Below are positions 54,737 to 63,979 of a stretch of DNA of 64,000 nucleotides, piece by piece. The notes beneath the pieces are model-generated. The model made no database searches and was not told where the DNA came from. It saw nothing but the letters and a program-made list of their open reading frames with translations. The position numbers were made by a program, and so were the translations under genes. The stretch comes from Alphaproteobacteria bacterium HGW-Alphaproteobacteria-3 (lineage in GTDB: Bacteria > Pseudomonadota > Alphaproteobacteria > Parvibaculales > Parvibaculaceae): contig PHEF01000007.1 of the NCBI GenBank assembly GCA_002842875.1, positions 3,671 through 67,670 of the forward strand, read 5' to 3'. Position 1 is the first letter of the stretch. Every line of letters begins with the position of its first letter.

Positions 54737-55321
54737 ATGGACCGCGACAAGGCGTCGGGAGAAACGCCGCCGGATAGCCCCAAGGAGATGGCAGCCTTGA
54801 TCGCCGCCATCGCCCGCGATGCCGACCGGACGGCTTTCGCCCGCTTGTTCGGCTATTACGCGCCGCGCCTGAAATCCTATCTCCGGCGCATGCGCGTGGA
54901 CGAACGCCTGGCCGAAGACCTCGCCCAGGAAGCGATGCTCACCGTCTGGCGCAAGGCGGCGCTCTTCGATCCCGAAAAAGCGTCCGCCGGTACCTGGATT
55001 TTCACCATCGCGCGCAACCGCTTCATCGACACGGTGCGCCGCGAGCGCAGGCCGGATTTCGATCCCTCGGACCCGATGCTCCAGCCCGAGGAGGCTCGCC
55101 CCGCCGACGACGAATTGGCCGGCGCCGAGATCGCCGTCCGCGTCCGCGCCGCGCTCACGGAGCTGCCGCCCGATCAGGCGGAAGTGGTCGAGCTTTCCTT
55201 TCTCGAAGGCTTGCCGCATTCGGCCATCGCCGAGCGGCTGGGTCTCCCTCTCGGCACGGTGAAATCCCGGTTGAGACTTGCTTTCGCCCGTCTCAGGACG
55301 GCGCTGGAGGATTTGAAATGA
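54737..55321 (+). CDS. rpoE: ECF RNA polymerase sigma factor (RpoE, ChrR-partnered group)
   Basis: Sigma-70 region 2 (DLAQEAMLTVWRKAALFD) and region 4 (ELSFLEGLPHSAIAERLGLPLGTVKSRLR). The start is placed downstream of the predicted promoter. The stop overlaps the chrR start (ATGA). Confidence 0.82.
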   Translation: MDRDKASGETPPDSPKEMAALIAAIARDADRTAFARLFGYYAPRLKSYLRRMRVDERLAEDLAQEAMLTVWRKAALFDPEKASAGTWIFTIARNRFIDTVRRERRPDFDPSDPMLQPEEARPADDELAGAEIAVRVRAALTELPPDQAEVVELSFLEGLPHSAIAERLGLPLGTVKSRLRLAFARLRTALEDLK

Positions 55322-55992
55322 ACGCCCGCACGCTGCGCAGAACGGTAACGCATCGCCTCGGCGACGAGTGGCTGATGGCCTATGCCGCGGGGACGCTGAG
55401 CGAGGGCCAGTCGCTGCTCGTCGCCTCGCATCTGAGCTATCTCGATGACGCGGCCACCCGCCTTGCCACGGCGGAGGCGGCGGGCGGCGCATTGGTCGAA
55501 GCCCTCCGGCCCGACACCATGTCGCCCGACGCGCTCGCAAGGACGCTCGCTCTTCTCGACGCGCCCGCGCCCGCGCCGCGCGCCGCACATGCCTTGCCCG
55601 GCGATCCCCTGCCGCCGCCGCTGCGTGCCTGGCTCGGCGGCAAGAGCGTGGACGATCTCCCCTGGAGCTATCTTGGTCCGGGCATGAAGAAGGTGAAGCT
55701 CTGGCGCGGCGGCCCGAACGACCAGCGCCTCTGGATGCTGCGCGCCGCGCCCGGCGTGAAGATTCCCGAGCATGGCCACAGCGGCACCGAACTCGTCCTC
55801 GTGCTGAAGGGAAGCCTCGAAGACCCGCATGGCATCTTCCACACAGGCGATGTCGAGGAGAGCGACGGCAGCCTCTCGCACGGTTTGAAGATCGGCGGCG
55901 AGGAAGAATGCATCTGCCTCGCCGTCACCGAAGGTCCGACGCGCTTCAAGGGCTGGATCGCGAAGCTTCTCCAGCCCTTCATCGGGCTCTGA
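55318..55992 (+). CDS. chrR: Anti-sigma factor ChrR (N-terminal anti-sigma domain + C-terminal cupin)
   Basis: LMAYAAGTLSEGQSLLVASHLS anti-sigma domain. C-terminal cupin motif PEHGHSGTELVLVLKG ... H. It is translationally coupled to rpoE. Confidence 0.8.
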   Translation: MNARTLRRTVTHRLGDEWLMAYAAGTLSEGQSLLVASHLSYLDDAATRLATAEAAGGALVEALRPDTMSPDALARTLALLDAPAPAPRAAHALPGDPLPPPLRAWLGGKSVDDLPWSYLGPGMKKVKLWRGGPNDQRLWMLRAAPGVKIPEHGHSGTELVLVLKGSLEDPHGIFHTGDVEESDGSLSHGLKIGGEEECICLAVTEGPTRFKGWIAKLLQPFIGL

Positions 55993-55995
55993 AGG

Positions 55996-58155
55996 TCAGA
56001 AGCGCGCCGTCACCACGAAGCGCACATTGCGCCCCGGCTGCAACACGTCGTTCTTCTTGAACGACACATGGTTGCGGATATCGGCATCGAGCAGGTTTTC
56101 GCCAACCAGCGCGAGCTCGACGGCCTTTCCGCCCAACATGTCTTGCGGAAGCAGATAACGGATTTCACCCTTGAGATCGGTATAGCTTCCCGTTTCCGTC
56201 TCGCCCGCCGACAGCCGGTCCTGGGCAAAGGCATGCAGGAAACCGAAGCGGCCCGAAACCCGCTCGCCCGCATAGAACATGCCCGCTCCCGCCCGCATCG
56301 GCGGAATGCGCGGCACGTTGCCACCCGCATCGAGTTCGGCGCGCACCATGTCGAACTGGCCGGTAACGCCCACCCGCGCCGTGCCCCGGCGCATCAGCGT
56401 CACGCTGCCTTTGGTTTCGAAGCCGCGAAACGTCGCATCTTCCTGCGTGAACAGCACCTGGTCGAGTTCCGTGCCCGCGCCATGCGGCGTACAGGTATCG
56501 AAACTGTCGTCGCAGACCTCACCCGTCAGCCGCTTGTAGATGAAGTCGCTGAACGAGGTGTGGAACACCGCCGCCTCGAAGGAATAGTCGTCGCCTTCGC
56601 GCCGCGCATTGATCTCGAAGCTCAGCGCCTTCTCCTTGCCGAGCGTCGGATCGCCGATCTCGAAAGTCTCCGTCGCCTCATGCGGTCCCTTGGAGAAAAG
56701 TTCGAGCGCATCCGGTGCGCGCTCCACATGCTGCGCGGTCACGCCGAACACCCATTTCGCAGCAGGACTGTAGACAAGTCCCGCCGAAACACTGGTCGGC
56801 GTGAAGTTTCGCGACACCGCGAAATCCGTCGGCGCGAGCGGCACGCTCGCATCGAGCGCGCGGCCCGAAACGTCGGCATATTCGACGCGCCCCGCCATCT
56901 GCAATTTCAGCGTCTCGCCCGCGATCGGCATTTCCTCGAAGAGGAAGGCCGCCGCCGCCTCCGTCTCGCTCGGCGCAAGCAGTTCGCCGCCCTCGCCCGA
57001 CGCCACGATCTCGCGCCGGTGAAGCTGAACGCCGATGGCGCCGGTGAAAGGCCCCACCGCCCGGTGCAGGAACTCCGCGCGGCCTTCCCATTCTTCGTCG
57101 TCGAAACGCGACCCCGTGACACCCGTCGCATCGACCTCGCCATGGCTGTAATCGCTATAGCCGCCCGCGAGGTTCACACCCGCGAGGAAGCCGTCCGCGA
57201 ATTCGAGTTCGCTGCCGAGCTGCACTTTCGTCTGGTGCATGTCGATGTGGACCGGGTTCAGCGGATCGCCCGGCGCGGGAATGCCGTATTTGCTGTCGTA
57301 ATAGCTGATCGCGCCGCCCGCATAGCCGTCGAAATCCTCATTGCCCAGAATGACCGACGCGCCGCCCGCGACGCCGGACGTCTCCGTCCAGGTTTCGCTC
57401 TGCCGGTTCACCGCGCCCGGAATGCGATAGTCGTCCGTCTTCCGCGCAAAACCATCCACATGGAAAACGGCATCGCCCGCCGCCGCCTCCATCTTGCCGT
57501 GGCCCTGCCGCCCGTCGCTCACGCTGTCGTAGCTCGCGCCCGCTTCCGCGGCAAAGCCGCCTTTCGGTATCGCTTTTGGAATGCGGTTGTTGATGACGTT
57601 GACCACGCCGCCCATCGCCTGGCTTCCATAGCGCAGCGTCGCCGGCCCGCGCACCACTTCCACGCGCTCGGCCGAGAGCGGATCGATCGGCACGCCGTGA
57701 TCCTCGCTCACCGCCGAAACGTCGCCCGCGCCGATCCCGTTCTCCTGCACGCGCACCCGCGTATTGTCGAGACCGCGAATGATCGGCCGGCTCGCCCCCG
57801 CCGCGAAGGAGCTTTGCGTGACGCCGGGCAGGTCGCCAAGCAGCGCGCCGAGCGTCGTCGCGGAGGAGCCGAGAATGTCGTCGCGCGTGACGATGTCGAC
57901 GGGCGCCGCAATCTCGTCGATGGGCGAGACAAGCGGTGAGGCCGTCACCACGATTTCCGGCAGGTCCGCATCCGCAGCATCGTCTCCGGCCGCGATCTCC
58001 TGCGCAAAAGCCGCCTTCGCGGTAAACGTGGAAAACGGCATGGCGGCAAGCGCGAAAACCGATACGCCGAGAAGCGCCGCGCGAGGCCGCGCCCCGTGGC
58101 GCCCGCGCGCTTCCGCCTCGTTCCGATCCGCGTGACGATGTTTCCCGGCCCTCAT
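55996..58155 (-). CDS. TonB-dependent outer-membrane receptor (possibly zinc-regulated, ZnuD-like)
   Basis: Start MRAGKHRH at 58155. Signal peptide ...AKAAFAQ, TonB-box-like PEIVVTASP, plug VEVVRGPATLRYGSQAMGGVVNVI, and a C-terminal VVTARF. Confidence 0.88.
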   Translation of the reverse strand: MRAGKHRHADRNEAEARGRHGARPRAALLGVSVFALAAMPFSTFTAKAAFAQEIAAGDDAADADLPEIVVTASPLVSPIDEIAAPVDIVTRDDILGSSATTLGALLGDLPGVTQSSFAAGASRPIIRGLDNTRVRVQENGIGAGDVSAVSEDHGVPIDPLSAERVEVVRGPATLRYGSQAMGGVVNVINNRIPKAIPKGGFAAEAGASYDSVSDGRQGHGKMEAAAGDAVFHVDGFARKTDDYRIPGAVNRQSETWTETSGVAGGASVILGNEDFDGYAGGAISYYDSKYGIPAPGDPLNPVHIDMHQTKVQLGSELEFADGFLAGVNLAGGYSDYSHGEVDATGVTGSRFDDEEWEGRAEFLHRAVGPFTGAIGVQLHRREIVASGEGGELLAPSETEAAAAFLFEEMPIAGETLKLQMAGRVEYADVSGRALDASVPLAPTDFAVSRNFTPTSVSAGLVYSPAAKWVFGVTAQHVERAPDALELFSKGPHEATETFEIGDPTLGKEKALSFEINARREGDDYSFEAAVFHTSFSDFIYKRLTGEVCDDSFDTCTPHGAGTELDQVLFTQEDATFRGFETKGSVTLMRRGTARVGVTGQFDMVRAELDAGGNVPRIPPMRAGAGMFYAGERVSGRFGFLHAFAQDRLSAGETETGSYTDLKGEIRYLLPQDMLGGKAVELALVGENLLDADIRNHVSFKKNDVLQPGRNVRFVVTARF

Positions 58156-58170
58156 GACTGCCCCCTGAGA

Positions 58171-58191
58171 AGATGTTACGTTATAACATCT
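58171..58191. promoter_or_regulatory. Zur-box-like palindrome
   Basis: AGATGTTAcgttaTAACATCT. Its core ATGTTACGTTATAACAT matches the enterobacterial Zur consensus ATGTTATANTATAACAT at all but 2 positions (recalled from memory). It is AT-rich in a GC-rich genome and lies 16 nt upstream of the TBDR start codon. Confidence 0.5.
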
Positions 58192-58305
58192 CAAAGAATG
58201 GCAGACCCCGCCGCTCCGGTCAAGCCTCTGAGCGGGCATCGGGTGACGGTGCGGGAAATACCGGCTAGCTTCTCCCTGTACCTGCTTCGGAGGCCGCCGG
58301 AAGCG

Positions 58306-59130
58306 ATGTCAGCGAGCGAAAAGAAAAAGAAGGAAAAGACCTCCAGCGAGCCGCCCAAGCTGCCGCAAGAGCTTTCCCACAAGGCATACAAGGACGAGCT
58401 CTATCGCCTTCAGGTCGAGCTGGTGAAGCTTCAACGCGACATCATCGCCGAAGACCGCAAGCTCCTCGTCATCCTCGAAGGCCGCGACGCCGCCGGCAAG
58501 GACGGCATCGCCAAGCGCCTCGTCGAACACCTCTCACCGCGCGAGACGCGTGTCGTCGCACTCGGCAAACCCTCCGACCGGCAGCAGACCGAATGGTATT
58601 TCCAGCGCTTCACGGAGCATCTGCCCGCCGCGCAGGAACTCGTGATCTTCAACCGCTCCTGGTACAACCGCGCCGGCGTCGAACGCGTCATGGGGTTTTG
58701 CTGCGACAAGGACTATGAGCGCTTCATGACCTCCGTCGGCATGTATGAGGACATGCTGGTCGGCTCAGGCATCCAGCTCGTGAAATATTATCTCGACATC
58801 TCGAAACCCGAGCAGAAGAAGCGCCTTCAGGACCGGCGCGAAGACCCGCTCAAGCAGTGGAAGATTTCTCCTGTCGATAAGGTCGCCCTGAAGCACTGGA
58901 GCGCCTATAGCCGCGCCCGCGACGAGATGCTCCTGCGCACCCACACGCAGGTCGCGCCGTGGAATGTCGTCCGCGCCGACGACAAGCGCCACGCCCGGCT
59001 CAATCTCATCCGCGATATTCTCGCCCGCATCGGCTATCGCGGCAAACCGGCGGACGGCATCCATCCCGATCCCCGCATCGTCATTCCTTTCGAGCCCGCG
59101 CTTCTCGGCGCGGGCGTCCTTGCGAAGTGA
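58306..59130 (+). CDS. ppk2: Polyphosphate kinase 2 (PPK2, single-domain)
   Basis: LLVILEGRDAAGKDG Walker-A-like motif, FNRSWYNRAGVERV, and a lysine-rich N-terminus MSASEKKKKEK. Confidence 0.9.
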   Translation: MSASEKKKKEKTSSEPPKLPQELSHKAYKDELYRLQVELVKLQRDIIAEDRKLLVILEGRDAAGKDGIAKRLVEHLSPRETRVVALGKPSDRQQTEWYFQRFTEHLPAAQELVIFNRSWYNRAGVERVMGFCCDKDYERFMTSVGMYEDMLVGSGIQLVKYYLDISKPEQKKRLQDRREDPLKQWKISPVDKVALKHWSAYSRARDEMLLRTHTQVAPWNVVRADDKRHARLNLIRDILARIGYRGKPADGIHPDPRIVIPFEPALLGAGVLAK

Positions 59131-59138
59131 GCCCCGCG

Positions 59139-60497
59139 ATGGAAGAGCAAAGCGCCATTCCCTTTCTCGACGGACTGCCGGACGCCCTGCTTGCGCCGGA
59201 GCGGCTTCTCGTCCTGCTGGGTCTGAGCTTCTTCCTCGGCCTCGCCTTCGAGGAATATTTCGGTTCGCGCCGGTTGAAGGCGCCCGGCGGCGTGCGCACC
59301 TTTCCGCTCCTCGCGCTCAGCGGCGCGCTCCTCTACGCGCTCATGCCGGAAACGGCGCTGCTCTTCCTCGGCGGTCTCTTCGTGCTCGGCGCCTGGCTGT
59401 CAATCTGGTACTGGCATCGTCTCGCCATCCAGCTTGCTGAACCGCGCATCGAGCATGAGCCCGGCATCCGCCTCGACGGCGGCATCATGGCGCTGGTCGG
59501 AAACCTCATCGCCTATCTTCTGGGACCGGTGACGCTCACGCAGCCGCTCTGGGTGCCGGTCGCCATCGCCGTCGCCGCCGTCCTTCTCACCGGCGCGCGC
59601 GAGCGCCTTCACGCCTTCGCCGAAACGGTCGGCGGCACGGAACTCGCCACGCTCGCCAAATTCCTCATCATCATCGGCATCGTCCTGCCGCTCGTGCCGG
59701 ACGAGCCCGTCACCGGCCTCACCAGCATCACGCCCTATCAGGTCTGGCTCGCCGTCGTCGTCGTGAGCACGCTCTCTTATGCGAGCTACATCGTGCAGCG
59801 CTTCGTCACGCCCCGCCGCGGCCTTCTCTATTCGGCGGCGCTTGGCGGCCTTTATTCGTCCACGGCGACGACCGTCGTCCTTTCGCGCCGCGCCCGATTG
59901 ACAGGCAGCGGAGCGTCGGGCGCCGTGCCCGTTCTGCATGCCGCTCTCGTCTTGTCGACAAGCGTCATGTTCCTGCGCATCCTGATCGTCGTCGCCATCT
60001 TCAATCTCGACCTCGCCATCGCGCTCGCCCCCTCGCTCATGGCGCTTCTTGCCCTCGGTCTCGTCATCGCCGCCGCGCTCTACTGGCGCCGGGACGACGC
60101 CCAACCGAATGGCGCGGACGAGGTTCTTCCGCCCTCGAACCCCCTCGAAATCCAGACCGCGCTCATCTTCGCGCTTCTCTTCATTACCCTCTCGCTCGCC
60201 GTCGGCTGGGCCAACGCCAATCTCGGCGAGGGAAGCCTTTTCGCGCTCGCCGCCCTCGCCGGCATCACCGATGTCGATCCACTGGTCCTTTCCATCGCCC
60301 AGGCGGCACATGGCCCCGCCGCCCTGTCGCTCGATGCGGCCGCGATCCTCATTGCCGCCTCTTCGAACAATCTGCTCAAAGGCGTCTACATTCTCACCTT
60401 CGCCGGGCGCGGCGCGGGCGCCGTTCCCGCGCTTGCGCTGCTCGTCCTCGCCGCGTGCGGCGGCGCCGCGGTTTTCGTCATCCTCGGTCTCGCATGA
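59139..60497 (+). CDS. MgtC/SapB-related DUF4010 membrane protein
   Basis: 452 aa, polytopic, 8 nt after the ppk2 stop. The family call is by resemblance. Confidence 0.7.
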   Translation: MEEQSAIPFLDGLPDALLAPERLLVLLGLSFFLGLAFEEYFGSRRLKAPGGVRTFPLLALSGALLYALMPETALLFLGGLFVLGAWLSIWYWHRLAIQLAEPRIEHEPGIRLDGGIMALVGNLIAYLLGPVTLTQPLWVPVAIAVAAVLLTGARERLHAFAETVGGTELATLAKFLIIIGIVLPLVPDEPVTGLTSITPYQVWLAVVVVSTLSYASYIVQRFVTPRRGLLYSAALGGLYSSTATTVVLSRRARLTGSGASGAVPVLHAALVLSTSVMFLRILIVVAIFNLDLAIALAPSLMALLALGLVIAAALYWRRDDAQPNGADEVLPPSNPLEIQTALIFALLFITLSLAVGWANANLGEGSLFALAALAGITDVDPLVLSIAQAAHGPAALSLDAAAILIAASSNNLLKGVYILTFAGRGAGAVPALALLVLAACGGAAVFVILGLA

Positions 60498-61345
60498 ACT
60501 ATCGCCACGCCTATCATGCCGGCAATTTCGCCGATGCGATGAAACATGCCGTTCTCGCTCTCGTCGTCGAACATCTGAAGAAGAAGGAGAAGCCCTTCTT
60601 CCTGCTCGACACCCATGCGGGCACCGGCATGACCGCTCTCTCGGGCGAGGAAGCGCAAAAGACCGGCGAATATGCGCAAGGCATCGCGCGCCTTCTCGCC
60701 GCCGCCGATCCCCACCCGGCGCTTGGCGTCTATCTCGATGCCGTGCGCGCGCTTGGCGGTTCTCCGCTTGCGCTCTATCCGGGTTCGCCCGCGCTCATGG
60801 CGCATCTCGCCCGCGCGAACGACCGCCTCGCCTTCTGCGAACTCCACCCCGAAGACGCCGCCGCGCTCCGCGCCAATTTCCGCCGCGACGCCCGCGTGAA
60901 GTGTCACGAGATGGACGGCTATACCGCGCTGAAAGCCATGCTGCCGCCGAAGGAACGCCGTGGGGCGGTCCTCGTCGACCCGCCTTTCGAGGATCGCGGC
61001 GAGTTCGATGCGCTCGCCCGCGCGCTCATCGAGGCGACGCGCCGCTTCGCCACCGGCACCTTCCTTCTCTGGTATCCGGTGAAGGACCCCTCCGTCTCCG
61101 GCGCCTTTCTTGAGCGCCTCGCCGCCGAAGGCCCGCCGAAAACGCTCGCCCTCGAGCTTCACGTCAGGGCCGCGGATCCCGCCCGCATGACCGGCTCCGG
61201 CATGATCGTCGTGAACCCGCCCTTCGCCCTCACCGAAAAAGGCCCGGACGGAAAATCCACCATCCGCTCGCTCCTCGACTGGCTCGCGATAACACTGTCA
61301 CAAGGCCCCGGCGCCCGCGCGCGCGAGGAATGGCTGCGGGACTAG
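60494..61345 (+). CDS. rlmJ: 23S rRNA (adenine2030-N6)-methyltransferase RlmJ
   Basis: MNYRHAYHAGNFADAMKHAVL N-terminus, LYPGSPAL, VLVDPPFE. The start overlaps the upstream stop (ATGA). Confidence 0.85.
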   Translation: MNYRHAYHAGNFADAMKHAVLALVVEHLKKKEKPFFLLDTHAGTGMTALSGEEAQKTGEYAQGIARLLAAADPHPALGVYLDAVRALGGSPLALYPGSPALMAHLARANDRLAFCELHPEDAAALRANFRRDARVKCHEMDGYTALKAMLPPKERRGAVLVDPPFEDRGEFDALARALIEATRRFATGTFLLWYPVKDPSVSGAFLERLAAEGPPKTLALELHVRAADPARMTGSGMIVVNPPFALTEKGPDGKSTIRSLLDWLAITLSQGPGARAREEWLRD

Positions 61346-61384
61346 CTTTCCGTCCTCTCTTCCCACCCTCCGCTCGGGGAGGAT

Positions 61385-61407
61385 CGAAAAATTCGGCGAA
61401 TTTTTCG
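61385..61407. repeat. Perfect 23-bp palindrome CGAAAAATTCG-G-CGAATTTTTCG
   Basis: Read directly. It is AT-rich and lies in the rlmJ-MFS intergenic region. The 1-nt centre argues for a DNA operator rather than an RNA hairpin. Confidence 0.6.
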
Positions 61408-61516
61408 GGGCGGGGGTCTCTCGTTGATCGCCAGCGAACAGCCTTCCCTGAAACTTTTACGGCAATCCCACTGACCGAAGCGGCCAATCGAGTCTATAAA
61501 GGCCCCGGCGCCGCAA

Positions 61517-61565
61517 GAGCATGCTTCCCAAAAGTGGATACCGGTTTTGGGACAAAAGCATGCTC
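61517..61565 (+). other. Long imperfect hairpin in the MFS transporter leader
   Basis: GAGCATGCTT-CCCAAAA-(11-nt loop)-TTTTGGG-(4-nt bulge)-AAGCATGCTC gives 17 bp in total, about 50 nt upstream of the MFS start. Confidence 0.45.
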
Positions 61566-61612
61566 GAAACAAAAAGTCGGAATCAGAGGTAGCGCCGCCA
61601 GGTAAGTGCCAG

Positions 61613-62914
61613 ATGAACCAGCCGCTCACCGAGGAAGAACTCGCCCGCCGTCTCGCCGAGGCCGAAACCGCCTATGAGGCCGAGATCGAGGCGAACCTCA
61701 AGCGCAACTATGTCGCCAACCTCGCCCATGGCCTGCTCGGACAGACGGGCTTCCGCCTCGTCAACGCGCCCACCTTCGTTCCGGCCTATATCTATCTCCT
61801 CTCCGGCTCCGAATTCGCGGTCGGTCTCGCACTCGCCGCGCAATGGTTCGGCGCTTCCGCCTCCTCGATCTTCGGCGCGACGCTCATCGAACACAGGAAG
61901 CGCGTGCTCCCCATGGGCCTCCTCATCGGCTGGGGCATGCGCGCGGGCGTTCTCGGCCTTTCGCTTGGCGGCTTCTTCCTGCCGCCCGACCTCGCGCTCG
62001 TCACCGCCATCGGCTTCCTCTGCCTCTTCGGCCTCTTCAACGGCATGCAGTCGGTGATCTTCAACACGCTGATGGCCAAGGTCATCCCGCTGCGCCTGCG
62101 CGGCCGCCTCACCGGTTTCCGCAATTTCTCGGCCGGCCTCACGGCGGCGGGCGTCTCCTACCTGGGCGGGAAATATCTCGTCGAGGGCCACGCCTTCGGC
62201 AATGGCTACGCGACGACCTTCCTCGTCGCCTTCGTGCTCACCTCCATCGGCCTGTCGCTGCTGATGCTGGTGCGCGAGCCCGAGCCGCCGACCATCCGGG
62301 CGCGCGCGAAACTCGCGGGGCGCCTGCGCGAAATTCCGCCCATGCTGCGCGCCGACCCGGCGCTCACGCGTTTCTATCTCGCCGCCGCGCTCGCCGCCTT
62401 GGGCACCATGGCCGTCCCCTTCTACATCCTCTATTCGGGCGAGCACATCGGCCTGTCGGGCACCAATCTCGGCATCCTGTCGACCGCTTTCCTCCTCGCC
62501 CAGACCGCCGCCAACCTCGCCTGGGGCACGCTCGCCGACAGGTTCGGCAACCGCATCGTCTTCATATTGTCGGTCGGCCTCTGGGCCGCCTCGACCTTCG
62601 CCCTCCTCTTCACGAACGATCTCTGGAGCCTCGCCCTCGTTTTCGCCGGCCTCGGCGCCGGCCAGGGCGGCTTCCAGAACTCGAACCAGAACATCATCGT
62701 CGAGTTCGGCGCGCGCGACGACCTGCCCATGCGCATCGCGGTCCTGAACACCGCCACCTCGCTGATGCAGGCGATGGGCCCCCTTCTCGGCGGCCTCATC
62801 GCCCGGGGCGTCTCCTTCACGGCTCTCTTCTCGCTCTCCATCGCCGTCCTCGCCGCCTCCGTCATCACGATGTTTTTCGTCGATGAGCCGCGAAAGCGCG
62901 GCTTCAGGGGCTGA
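61613..62914 (+). CDS. MFS transporter
   Basis: Start MNQPLTEEELARRL. It has 12 hydrophobic segments and an MFS loop motif region (RKRVLPMG). Confidence 0.85.
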   Translation: MNQPLTEEELARRLAEAETAYEAEIEANLKRNYVANLAHGLLGQTGFRLVNAPTFVPAYIYLLSGSEFAVGLALAAQWFGASASSIFGATLIEHRKRVLPMGLLIGWGMRAGVLGLSLGGFFLPPDLALVTAIGFLCLFGLFNGMQSVIFNTLMAKVIPLRLRGRLTGFRNFSAGLTAAGVSYLGGKYLVEGHAFGNGYATTFLVAFVLTSIGLSLLMLVREPEPPTIRARAKLAGRLREIPPMLRADPALTRFYLAAALAALGTMAVPFYILYSGEHIGLSGTNLGILSTAFLLAQTAANLAWGTLADRFGNRIVFILSVGLWAASTFALLFTNDLWSLALVFAGLGAGQGGFQNSNQNIIVEFGARDDLPMRIAVLNTATSLMQAMGPLLGGLIARGVSFTALFSLSIAVLAASVITMFFVDEPRKRGFRG

Positions 62915-62990
62915 ACGCCGGACAAGCCTTTATTCAGCTTTTCCGCCGCATAATCGCCGGGTGCGCGCCGCCGCTCCCGGCTGGCGCTTC

Positions 62991-63665
62991 ATGCGGAACC
63001 GCGATATGCGCCGATTGTCCTTCCTTGCCGCTGCCATCCTCGGTGCATGGGCGCTCGCCTCGGCGTCCGCTCCCGCTTCGGCCGCCTTCATGGACGAGGC
63101 GGCGGAGGCCGTGATCGGCGAGCGTTCGGCGGCGATGTTCCGCCGCATCGGCGTCAGCGACCTCTATCGTTTCAACCGGCTGGAAAAGGCGCTGGCGGGC
63201 GGCACCGCCGGCCTCGAAGACCTCGACACCGGCCTCGAACTCGGCCACCGCTTTCTCGACGGCGAACCGATGTTCGCGGGCTTCGTCTTCGGCGCCATCG
63301 CCAGGGCCTACAGCGCGGGCACGCTGCCGCCCATGCGCCAGACGGGCGAGGCGCTCTATTGGAACGCCATCGCCTATGACCGGGTCTGCGCGAAGGACGG
63401 CGAACTCTGCCAGGCGCTTGCCGCCAGCGCGTTCTCCGGCCGTCCGGGCTCCGGCGCGCTGAAGGCGACGGCGCTTCGCTACATCGGCTTTGCCGATGCC
63501 GCCGCATCGGGCCAGCTCCCCCCCGACATCGCCGCCGACGCCACCGCGCAATGCCGTCTCGCCCATGAGTTGATGGCGTCGCGCGCCATCGCCGAAGGCC
63601 GCGGCGACGACGCCTTCTACGGGCGCGGCCTCGTCACGGCCTGCGACCCCGCCACGCTGCGCTAG
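62991..63665 (+). CDS. Secreted hypothetical protein
   Basis: Signal peptide MRNRDMRRLSFLAAAILGAWALASASAPASA, four Cys residues, and no recognised family. Confidence 0.5.
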   Translation: MRNRDMRRLSFLAAAILGAWALASASAPASAAFMDEAAEAVIGERSAAMFRRIGVSDLYRFNRLEKALAGGTAGLEDLDTGLELGHRFLDGEPMFAGFVFGAIARAYSAGTLPPMRQTGEALYWNAIAYDRVCAKDGELCQALAASAFSGRPGSGALKATALRYIGFADAAASGQLPPDIAADATAQCRLAHELMASRAIAEGRGDDAFYGRGLVTACDPATLR

Positions 63666-63670
63666 AGCCC

Positions 63671-63979
63671 TCAAGCCGTCTGCACCGCGCGCGACTTCAC
63701 TTCGCGCGCCACCAGATAAAGGAGCGGCCCGAAGGAACCGGCAACCAGCGTCAGCACCACGAAGGGCCATGGATTGACGCCGCTCGTCTTCGCATCGCGC
63801 ACCATCCAGACGATCGCCAGCACGCAGACGATGACGAGGTCGGTGAGCACCTGCATCCCGGCATAATTCTGCATGTGCATTTCGAAAACGCCGATATACC
63901 CCACCTCCATCAGTGCCATGGCGCTGAGCGCCCCGAAAGCGAGAATGACGGCCAGCAGGGCAATGAGCCGGTAAGACAT
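63671..63979 (-). CDS. Small integral membrane protein (3-4 TM), unknown function
   Basis: 102 aa, hydrophobic throughout, with a GGAGGAA RBS upstream of the ATG at 63979. Confidence 0.55.
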   Translation of the reverse strand: MSYRLIALLAVILAFGALSAMALMEVGYIGVFEMHMQNYAGMQVLTDLVIVCVLAIVWMVRDAKTSGVNPWPFVVLTLVAGSFGPLLYLVAREVKSRAVQTA

